Shown one piece after another: positions 10,501 to 22,500 of a DNA stretch of 64,000 nucleotides (positions within the stretch are counted from its first letter, which is position 1; the number at the start of each line of letters is the position of its first letter). The translations under genes were made by a program, and so were the position numbers. Below the pieces are notes generated by a model that saw only the letters and a list, made by a program, of their open reading frames with translations, had not been told where the DNA came from and ran no database searches. The stretch is from Negaprion brevirostris (lineage: Eukaryota). Where the stretch lies: the NCBI GenBank assembly GCA_030324005.1, contig JARDVH010000099.1, forward strand, positions 25,330,800-25,394,799. The letters run 5' to 3'.

Positions 10501-13500
10501 TAATTATGTTAACTTGAGAACTTTGACCTTTTATATAAATGTTACTGTACCTGAATATTTGTATCCCTTAATCCTAAATCATTCCACCATTGCCACTATG
10601 CTTGCTCACTTGTACTGCCTTCTCATCCTTGGAATGGTTAATCTTAATGTTCTCATCCTTGCTTTCAAATCCGTCCATGGCCTTCCCCACTGCTCTCCTC
10701 ATCTCTGTAACCTTCTCCTGCCCTAAAGTTCTTCGTGATATCTGGCCTCTTGCTTGTTATTCCACCATTGGTGGCTGAGCATTTGATTGCCTAGGTCTTG
10801 AATGCTGGAATAGTCGAATTAAATTACTTTGTTGTCTATCTCCACTTCCTCCTCTACGGCATGCCTTTATGTCTACCCACTATGACTCGACATTAGTTCA
10901 CATGATTTTGTCAAATTTTGATTGATAATATGCTGATGAATTGCTTTGGAATATTGCATTAAAAGTGAGATATTAAAACTGGTTGGTTTTTTTTTTGTTG
11001 AGCGAGGAATTATAGCCATTTTGTTGAAGTAGAACATCCACTTGCTAATGGTGCTCATTGTGTCTCTACTTCAATTAATTTTCTAACCTGAGACAGTTTG
11101 AGCTTTTCACCCAATCACAGCAAGTTACAGCACTGAAAATGCTGACTCTTTTTATATAGTTTAATCTATTCATCCCATTTCCCTGCTCTTTATTTCTATT
11201 TCTCTTGTCTCCAATGTGATATCACCTTGATGAATCTTCTTTTCCTCCTCTCTATATCCTATTCGTCCTCCCATTGTTGTTCAGCTCCATTGGTCCACTC
11301 TTGTCCATCTAAACATCCTCTGCATGGCATTTCTTCCAACTCCTCTGGAGCCCTTCAAGAATAGTCATGATGTGGATGTGTCGGCGTTGGACTGGGGTAA
11401 ACACAGTAAAAAGTCTGACAACACCAGGTTTTAGTCCAACCGATTTATTTGATAATAAACCCACAAGCTTTCGAGGGGTCACCCTCTTCGTCAGGTGAAT
11501 GGAGAGTTCTGGCCTCAGACAGAGCATATACAGCACAGACAGTTTAGAGATTACTGATTAGTAATCTCTGTATTAATCTGTATTAGTAATCTCTAAGTAA
11601 TTACTGATTACTAATCAGTAATCTCTAAACTGCCTGTGCTGTATATGCTCTGTCCGAGGCCAGGACTCTCCATTCACCTGACAAAGAGGGTGTCCCCTTG
11701 AAAGCTTGTAAGTTTACTATCAAATAAATCGGTTGGACTAAAACCTGGTGTTGTCAGACTTTTTACCGCCCTTCAAGAATCCAGCCATGGCATCCTCCTC
11801 GTCATTTGTAGGATGCCTACTGATGACATCATTCCTAAACATGGGATTTGCTTTCATAATTACACTGCTGGCAGTGGCTCTTGTTGAGCCATAATTCCTT
11901 CAGTTGAACATTTGGAAGACCAAACGTTAGGCCTCAGCTGCAAACCCTGTACCGTTGACACCAATACCAGTCTTGCAGTCTCAGTCAGACTGCTTGCAAC
12001 TTCAGCATTCTATTTGAACTTGAGCTGACTTTCCCATATCTTCTCCATCATAAAGACTGCCAACCTTAACTGTTCCCACCAGTGTCCCTACCTCAGCCAA
12101 TTGGCCACTGAAAGTCTGATCCCTGTCCTTGTCATCTCCAGACTCAACACTTCCAATCTTCTCCTGGCCAATCTCTCTAATTTTCCATCCCACTGCAGCT
12201 CAATAAAAACTGTCCTCAGCCTTGGGCATTGTTGGCTTGCATTGCCTCTTGATATCGAAACACTGCAATTTAAAATTCTTATCCTTGTGTTTAAATGTTT
12301 TGATAGCCTTACCTTTCCCTATCTGTATAACAACACCTGTCAATGCTACTGAACTTTCCATCCTCTGACTCTAGTTTGTTGTGTATTTTCCCCTCTCTTA
12401 GCTGCATCACATCCACAAGTACCCTTCTACCCCATGTCTTCATTAGCAGCTGTACTTTAATATTTAAATTCTTCCATCTTTAACTCTTTTGGACCTTCAT
12501 CAAAGCCCACTTCTTTGACCAATGTTTTTGAGATTCCTCCTAATACTTTGTCCTGTTCCTCAACATCCATTTTTTCAATAATTATGTTAATGTATTTAGC
12601 CCAAGAAATTATTTGTATAAATTTAGCACTCAATCCCCCAGCTATAAAAATAGGATGTATTTTTAAAATAGGTATCATTTGCTCTACTATATTGTAGGAT
12701 TTATGTATCCACAACTTGTTTTGCTTTTCAAATGTCATTTCCCTCTTTTCCCTCTGAAAATGTTTCACTACACACTTGTAGCAAGATAGGAACAGGAGTT
12801 TGCCATTTAGAGCATTAAGCGTGTTCTACCATTCAATGAGATATTGTTGGTCTGTGACCTAACTCCAACAACCCTGCAATTGCCCCATATCCCTCAAATG
12901 TAAAATTTTCCATTTCAGGCAACATTTGATTTGATTTATTATTGTCACATGTATTAGTATACAGTGAACAGTATTGTTTCTTGTGTGCTTATGCAGACAA
13001 AGCATACCGTTCATAGAGAAGAAAAGGAGAGTGTGCAGGATGTTGTTTTACAGTCATAGCTAGGGTGTAGAGAAAGATTAACTTAACATGATGCAGGTCC
13101 ATTCAGAAGTCTTATAGCAGCAGAGAAGAAACTGTTCTTGAGTTGGTTGGTACGTGACCTCAGACTTTTGTATCTTTTTCCTGAAGGAAGAAGATGGAAG
13201 AAAGTACATCTGGGGTGTGTGGGGTCCTTGATTATGTTGGCTGCTTCTCCAAGGCAGTAGGAAGTGTAGACAGAGTCAGTGGATGGGAGGCTGGTTTGCG
13301 TGATGGACTGGGCTTTGTTCACGACCCTTTGCAGTTTTTAGCGGTTTTGGACCGAGAAGGAACCAGACCAGTGAGGCAACCAGAAAGAATGCTTTCTAAA
13401 ATGCCTCTGTAAGCTTTGGTTAGAGTCGTAGCATGCATGCCAAATTTCCCTAGCTTCTTGAGAAAATAGAGAGATTTCTTAACTATAGCGTCAGCATGGA

Positions 13501-16500
13501 GTGATCAGGACAGGTTGTTGTGATTTGAACACGAAGAAACTTGAAGCTCTCGACCATTTCCGCTTTGCCCTTAATGATGTAGGCAGGGGCATGCCCTCCA
13601 CTGCACTTCCTGAAGTCTTCATAAATTTCCTCTTTACCCTGTCTATTGCAGTCGCACTCTTCCTGTAAAGTAGTGATCAGAACTGCATGGAGTATTCTAG
13701 ATGTGGCCATTTAGTGTGGTATGCCGTTCCAGTATGACCTCCCTGCTCTCATATTCGATACTGCAACTAATAAAGCGAAGTGACTTCTTAACCACCTCAT
13801 GATCGGCTCCCTTATCTTTAGAAATCTGTGGACGTACACTTCAAAATTCCTCTGTTCCTCTAGGCTTCTCAGTGTCGTACAATTTACTGTGCAGTCTCTT
13901 GTCTTGTTTGCCCTCCCCACATGCATAAACTCTCACTTCTCCAGATTGAATTCAATTTGCTACTTTTCTGCCCACCTAATCAGTCCATTGTAGTCTACAG
14001 CTTTCTTCCTCACAATCAACTACACTGCTAATTTTTCTATCACCTGGAAACGTTTCAATCATTCCTCTGATATTTATGTCTAAATCGTTAATTTATATCA
14101 AGAAACAATAGGCATTGTACTGAGCCCTGCAGGACTCCACAGGCTTGTAATTATTTGGCTTATCCCTTCCTTTTTTAAAAACAATGGTACAAAGTTTAAT
14201 ATTCTCTGGCACAATTCACATCTTTTTACCTGTGCTTAACCCCCTCTCCACTCACATTGCCTGTATCTTTAAGACTTGATTACCTGTAAAGATTTGTATT
14301 CCAACTATTATTTTGTGAACTGAGTTTGTGTCTTTATATGCTCTTGTGAACATAACTCCCACTCACCTGATGAAGGGGCAGGGCTCTGAAAGCTAGTGTT
14401 TGTGCTACCAAATAAACTCGTTGGACTTTAACCTGGTGTGGTGAGACTTCTTACTGTGACCACTTCTGCCACCAGAGAGAATTGGAAAATTGTGGTCAGA
14501 ACCTCCCTTGCATCCCTTAGCAACATTTCATCAGGGCCTGGTGATTAGTTCCTTTGCAAAGATGTTAAATCCAAAAATATTTCTTGTCTCGTTGTTTATA
14601 CCATCCAGTATTTCACATTCTTCCTCCTTAACTAATGTCTACATCCACCTGTTTGATAAAGACAGATACAAAATATTCACTTACTACCATGCCCACTTCT
14701 TCCACCTGCACACAAGTTACTGTTTTTACCATATGTCCTTATTTATCACCTTGCTGGTTATGTGTTTATAAAATGCCTTAGGATTTTCCTTTATTTTGCT
14801 TGTCAGTATTTTTTTTCAAGCCCTCTCCTTGCTTTCCTAATTTTATTTTTCACTGATATCCTGTACTGTCTATACTCCTCGTATCGACAATAATGAGCTC
14901 TTTGTATCTGACGTAAGCTTCTCTATTTTTGTTCTTCTCCTCTCTATGCTTTTTGACATCTGGTGGGGCTGGCATCTAAATTTGGGTAACAACCTTTTTC
15001 TTTCTGGAATTTTATTTCTGAAGCCTCTCTTTCCTGCCTGATGCCTCCCATTGCTGTGACGATAATTTACCTTCATGTAGCTGTTTCCACTCCACTTCTC
15101 CCAAATCACATCTCAGTGTAATAAAATTGGCCTTTCCCCAAGTAAAGACTTTTATTCTTAGTCCATCTTTGCCCTTTTTCATAACTGCAAACTAAATTAT
15201 AGTCACTGTCCCCAAAATATTCATCCACTCCTACCTGCTTGGCAGACAAATTAACAGACGAACTATGGTCAAGCACACCACACTTCAGAGCAAAACACAA
15301 GTGCAACTGTGACAGAGTCTATTGATTTCTCAAGAATCCACCCAGAAGTTGGAAAGCACCAAGTCAGACAATCTCACTGACGTTCTATATCACAAGGTAT
15401 TTCCAGCTTCATGTTTGAAGATTTATCCTTGGAATTCGCTTCCACTCGGGCAGCTTTAACAATGGCCCACTGCACAGAGTTTCAGTCTCGCCTTCTGAGA
15501 TTCATTCTCCCTAGATTCCTGAGTCTGTATTTTAGCCTCCACTTAATGGTGTAATTTCAGCTCTTTGCTGGACAGCTAGCTTCACTGAGCTGGAACTGGC
15601 TTTGTGCTTCACCAATTTCCTGTCTCCTGGCTCTACCCAGCGGCCTAAGACTCCAAGGGCTTTGTCTGAGCCCTCTTCAATTACCAGGATTTCTCAGGGA
15701 CCGTTTTGATTATCAGGGCTTCGATTAACAGGACTTCTTCCCCAGCCCCCTGACTCTCCTGATATTGACCGCCTCCAGAAACATTGTTCACTGACCCTTG
15801 AACTGTTATGATGACCTATCAAAACACTCTGAGGGTCCCACCCTTGTTATTAGGTAGGATCAATGTAACAAGCATTGGGACGTCCTGCACCTTTAAATGT
15901 TACACTCTTCACACGTGTCTACATGTGCGCAGTTAAGTTGCTGAGTGACACCTGAAATATTTTATCCATGTAGCTGTCAGCCCCTCGGTTGTATTGCTGT
16001 TCAAAGACCAAAACTCTCAGCAATAGTTCCTTTAGCTAGCTGATGGCATTTAAATTCATGGGATATGACATCACTGGCAAGGCTGGCATTTATTTTCTGT
16101 CTCTAATTTTACTTGAGAAGATAATGATCATGAGCTACCTTCTTGAACCACTACAGTCCACATATAGTTAGGAAATTATCCAGTAACAGTGAAGGAACAA
16201 CTGCACAGGATGGTGTCTGACATGGATGGAGGCTTGTAGATAGAATACAGTCATAGAACCCCTACAATGCAGGAGCCTGCACCAACAACAATCCCACCCA
16301 GGCCCTATCCCCATACCCCACATATTTATCCTGCCAGACGCCCGACATTAAGGAGCAATTTAGTTTGGCCAGTCAACCTAACCTGTACATCTTTCGGACT
16401 GTGGGAGGAAACCAGAGCAGCCAGAGAAAACACACGCATACATGGGGAAAACATGCAAACTCCATATGGACAATCACCTGAGGCTGGAATTAAGCCCAGG

Positions 16501-19500
16501 CCCTGGTGCCATGAAGCAGCAGTGTTAATCACTGTGGTGGTGGTGATGGTAGTGTACCCATTGTTTCTTCCAGGAGGTAGGGATTGCAGGTGCTGAAGTT
16601 CCTACATGATACCGATAAGCTCTTGATGGGTCTAAAGTGATTTGCCACTCCTCCATTGATTGGATGAGCAGCTGAAATTACCAGACCTAACATTAAATCT
16701 CAATGACCAGATCAAGTTTAATTTACGTCTAAGTTAGGTTAAGCATTTAACTAACTGTCCCCTCTTGTGATGTGATAGCTTCCTCTGCATTAACAATGAT
16801 GTCACTTTCCCAAATTCCCTCTAATTGGACGGTTTATCTCCCTTTACCGAGCAGTTGCACTTACTATCTTGAAGATGTCAATGAAATCACCTTTAACATT
16901 GTAAATTCAAATAACTGCAACTGTAGTTTTCATAATCTCTCTATACAGTTGAATTTTTGGAGTCCAGGTATCATTCTAGCAAATCTGTGTTGCACTAGTA
17001 ACTCCTTTCCATGATATTATGTTCAGAATTGATCATAGATTTTAGTTGTGGTCGAATCAGGGCTTTGCAAAGCTGTNNNNNNNNNNNNNNNNNNNNNNNN
17101 NNNNNNNNNNNNNNNNNNNNNNNNNNNNNNNNNNNNNNNNNNNNNNNNNNNNNNNNNNNNNNNNNNNNNNNNNNNNCATTGTATTCTTGTCCTTTATATC
17201 TAAAGACCAGAATGTCATTATCTCTTTAGATTATTACCTGCATCTGTTCTTGACATGTTAATGATCCATGTCTTTGGACATTTACTACTACATTTTCACC
17301 ATTTAGAAAATATACTGATTTATTGCATAGTTCCAAAATGGATGACCTCTTACTTACCTACATTGAAATCCATTGTTTTCCCCATTCACTTATCTATCAA
17401 CAACCTTAAAAAAAAATGCTTCCATCAACAGTTGTAATACCACTTATCATTCTGTCATTGGAAAACTTAGATATGTGGGTTTCTACCATGTCATCTTAGT
17501 CATTATTAAATACAATGAATAACTGGGGCCTCAGCGCATATTTTGCATGACAGCACTAGTCACATCCTGCCATGTAGAATGCCTGCTCATTTTCCCCACT
17601 ATCACCTGCTGCTCAACAATTTCCTAACCAGGTCATCAATTTACCTTAAACTCCATGAATTTCAGCTTCAACTAACAATCCATTACCTGGGGCCTTATCA
17701 AATGTCTTCTGGCAGTCCATATAATTACCATCCATGAACACTTTCCAGTTGTGCTACTGTCGTCACCTCTCCAAAACATTCAGCCTATTTCTTCGAGATT
17801 GACCTAACCTCTAAAAGTTGTCTCTCTCTGAATTTCACCTCCTTCAGCTCAGTAGCCACTTACCCTCACACTTCTGTCGAATGTCTTGGTGCAATCTCCT
17901 CCATAGAAGGTGCTGTAAAAACACTGCTAGTTTTTATTAACCATCTTCCTCTTCATCCTTAAAATTCCCTTAACTTCTTCAAGAAACCATCAATGTAGCA
18001 ATTAATCATGAACCTTTTAATAGTNNNNNNNNNNGTATTGCAGTAACTAAACAGAAAACAGCTGGCATTGCATGAAAAAACATCAACGTAGCTACTTTTG
18101 TCGGCATACATTGAACAGTATTTGTGTGTTGTACTTTACAGCTACTGATGAACGGTACATTGTCCTAATTTTTGAATCTGTTCCGGATCTTCAAGCAACG
18201 GTTATTTTTGAAAAGATTTTAATGGAAATTGGCAAAAAGAATAGTATTCCAAACTTTTTTGTCACCATATCATTTCATGAAGCAAACAACAGGCTTCTTC
18301 TATTTACACAGAACCTAGAGGAACATAACACCGGGAATCTATTAGTTAAAGACAACAGGGTAAGCGCGTTATTGTACTACTCCAGTTCATTTCCATTGAT
18401 TAACTTGTCTTGCAGATATCTGGTTTTAAAAAAAACAAATAAACCCAAACAAATAATAGAAATATAAAGTTGAAAGATGCATCTTTGTTCTTCTATACCT
18501 CNNNNNNNNNNNNNNNNNNNNNNNNNNNNNNNNNNNNNNNNNNNNNNNNNNNCACCTTATTGAAATCAAATTACACAGGTTTCAATAAGGTCTTTGAAAG
18601 GCAAGGAACCAGCATATGAGAAACATTCGGAACAGAAAAGGTTATTTGCTCATTCATAACATGCATCTACAGGTTTTTGAACTTTGCATTGCTATGAGCA
18701 GTTGGCTGACTCCTTCCCTTTATAATTTTGAAAACTTGAATTCTACCATCTCAAAGTTTCTCCTATCTCTTGTGGAAGGGAGGAACTTACAATATTCTTA
18801 AATTTTCACAGAACTTAAATTTTTGACTGTTGCAATCTTCCTTATTGTTTGCCTTTCAAGAGTTGTCATCATCCTTACTGTCATTAGATGACCAAACATA
18901 TACAGTACTCAGGATGTGATTTGGATGCCAACATAATTACAATCCAATTGATAGAAAATTTTTCCATTTGGACTTGTATAGAGACTATCATGACCTCAAT
19001 ACATTCCCTAAAGGAGTATTTGCAGTCACTGTTGCATTGTAAGAAATATGACAATTAATTAGCACACAGTAAGGTCCCCAATGTGAGACCAGAAATTTTT
19101 TTAATAGTATTGGTGGCAGGATAGCAGTAGCTAAAATGTTGAGAGCTCCCCCTTTTTGTGAAATAGTGGCATGGGACCTTTCATGTCCACCTGAAAGCAC
19201 AGACGAGAACTCCTTTTAATGCCTCATCTAAATGGCAGCACCTTCATTAGTGCAGCACTTTTGGAGTACTGCACAGGTGTTTCACATAAGCTTTAGTGGT
19301 AGTGTCTGATGATTCCTGAATATACAACTCCCAACCCGTGAATCTTTTGGCTGCTCAAGTTAACTGTAGTGCTTCTGGGACAGAAAAATAATAGGCCAAT
19401 GTTTAGTTTGGACCAATTGAGAATGGAAGGAATGCAAGGATTAGAATTCTGTGAAAAATCTGAAGAGCAATGGGAATGCTGTAGGAAAATAAGAACGACT

Positions 19501-22500
19501 GAGATCACTTTGTCTTTCTCCTTGAAAGAGAGAGGTTTAGTATGGTAAAAGATGAATATCTCCAATTATTCCAAGTGCAAGTTTCTTGAAGTTAAATGTG
19601 CTGCCAGGTGTTGAAGAATTCCTCAGCCTTGGGTGTAAGAAGTAGATTTATGTAGGAGGGAAGAATGGAATGCAAACATAGACTGGTCCCAGTATTTACC
19701 AATCTGATTCTATCTTGACTGATGACCAAAGAGAGTTGATTACTGTTTCTGTTGGTAGATGTATATCAAATCCTAATAGTATTGGTGGNNNNNNNNNNNN
19801 NNNNNNNNNNNNNNNNNNNNNNNNNNNNNNNNNNNNNNNNNNNNNNNNNNNNNNNNNNNNNNNNNNNNNNNNNNNNNNNNNNNNNNNNAAATGTTGAGAG
19901 CTCCCCCTTTTTGTGAAATAGTGGCATGGGACCTTTCATGTCCATCTGAAAGCACAGACGAGAACTCCTTTTAATGCCTCATCTAAATGGCAGCACTTTT
20001 GGAGTACTGCACAGGTGTTTCACATAAGCTTTAGTGGTAGTGATAATTCCTGAATATACAACTCCCAACCCATGAATCTTTGGCTTACTTGCCACCAAAA
20101 ATCTGTTGATCATAGGCTTGGAGCTTGATGCTCATTGAAACATCCACAGCCCTGTGGGCTGAAGAATTTCAAAGATACACAGCATATTGAATGAAGACAT
20201 TTCTCCTCATCTCGACGAATTAATCTCGACCAAATAACTAACTCCTTAATTGGAGATTCTTTGGCAAGGGAAACACCCTTTCAGCATCCACTCTGCCAAG
20301 CACTTTGGGAATGTTATGCTTTGCAGAGATCACTTCTCATTCTTCTAAGCTTCAGAGAGTACATTCTAATCAATCTCTTCTCGTAGGACAGCCTTCTCAT
20401 CCCAGGAACCAATCTGGTAAAACTAACTTATGTGCTATCTACCGTGTATATCCTTTTATCTTGGATAGTCTATAATAAAATATAATTTTAATAGCTAAGA
20501 TAAAAAATCCTATGGCAATGGTCCAAGAGGAGTAGGAGAATTCACTTGGTATGAGTGCTGGCCAGTATATAATCCTCCAACCAACACCAAAAGGACATTT
20601 ATTTGATCATTTATTTCATTGTTGTTTGTAAGAGCTTAGCATGTGAAAATTGGCTACTGCAATGGGGAGATGCTCCGAGGTCACAAAAGTTGCCTTATAA
20701 ATGTCAATTTTTTCTTACCATCTTGACTCTGATGTGAAGAATGGCTTCTCCTGAAAGATATAGGGTATGCTACCAGTGTCTGAAAATCCATTTAAACAGG
20801 AATTGGTACCCTCGGGAAAATTTATTGGGAAGCGGGGGACATCATTACTGAAGAAATGCTGTTTTTATTCTTCATTTTGAATGTAATTTCTACCAGGAAT
20901 GGAATAGCAGCGTTGGCCTCAGAGCTGCATCCTTTTTTACTTCTTTAGTTGAAAATGCTAATCAAGTGATCAAGATACAAGTTGTTATGCCTTGACCTCA
21001 CTCGTGCCTACAATTTTATAAAAATATAGCTATCTGTTCTTTGAACAATCCCATATCTTTCATTATATGGATATGTGTCTGTGTATGTATGTGTGTGTGT
21101 GTGTGTGTATGTATATATATATATTATATATATATATATACACATTCAGTATGATGCACGTAGGTATATATAATAAAAAAAACTCCTGAACTAGAGAGAG
21201 TTTGAAGTGATGTACTACCTTGGAAATGAGACTCTTTTTTGCAGTTTTTCCTGCTCCCTTAGTGAGATCTCACTGCTTATGCATTTGAGGGCTTTTTATG
21301 AAAACAATTAACGCTGCATCTCAAGTTTAAAAAGCCTGGAGCTGTTGCTAATGGTACACAAGATATAATGATGCAGAAGTAAAATCTCTTTGTGTTGTCA
21401 ACCTTAACTTTTATTACCAAGTTAGTGAATGTAGGTTTTCTCCTGAATGAGTCAGCAAGTTAATAAAATTTAATACTAAGCAGCATTGGATAAGTTTTGT
21501 GTTTATAAATTGTAATTAGCTGAAAAAAGTTATGAATTTCCATTGTCCTTGTATATAAAAGTCATTGGGTTCCTCCAAGATAGGAGTTAAAGATAGATAC
21601 AGGATATGCAGTTGAAAAGGGCAAAGATTACCGAGTTTTACCTGTCAATTCTGAGTGGGAGAGGCCTTGCAATAATTTTACTGGATATGTGATTTTAGTC
21701 TATAGAATCTGGAATTGGTCTAACTTAAAGAACTAGCACCCTTGTAACAGCAACTTGTTTGTCCCTGTTCGATTTTCTTCTCTTCTAATGTGTGATGTGT
21801 TTTAAATCTAATTTCTAGGTACCCCCCAAATATTGTTTGAGGAACACCTCCCTTTCAAGTGACGATAGTTTGGGAACATCCCATACTTCGTTTACGGGTC
21901 CTATTGAAAAGTAAGTCTGTTAAGTTGAGAGGAAGAAGCACAATAATTGAGCAAAGACCTATGATACAAAACTAGTGTTTAATTTACAATGATGGCGTGG
22001 ATGATTATATGCTGTTAAAGTGAGCTAGTTTATGGCTTTCAGTCATGGAATGTTAAAACTTTTTGGAGATAAGGGAAATATTCTTTTTGAAAATAATTGA
22101 CAGTTCTCTTGTTAGAATAGATATGTGTGCGTAAAATGAGTGGGATTATATGGGGGTTCAGATTCCCCCTTGCCGTTGAATACCAAATTCAGTGTTGGTG
22201 TTACAAAGAGGGTTTAGCAGAGACCAAATATTTCCCCTTGGAGCAAGAAAAAGCAGAAGAGACTTCAGCAGCCGAATCCTAATCCTACTTTGTGCTGCCA
22301 AAATTTTCTTTCTTGGGTTTTTGTTCTGTTTTCCTCCCCTTATCGCCCTTCCATAAGGTCAGTTAGGAGAGTTTCTGACCCAAAGAGCATTTCTTTATTG
22401 CTTTTATTTTATTCGTTCGTGGGTGTCACTGGCTGGCCAGCATTTATTGCCATCCCTAGTTGCCCTTCGAGGGCAATTGAGAGTCAACCATATTGCTATG

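Larger units (their letters stand above)
13640..15240 (-). mobile_element. Decayed CR1 LINE ORF2 fragments, interrupted by a PLE repeat
   Basis: Minus peptide [37 protein letters not shown] resembles the CR1 RT C-terminus. Confidence 0.7.
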
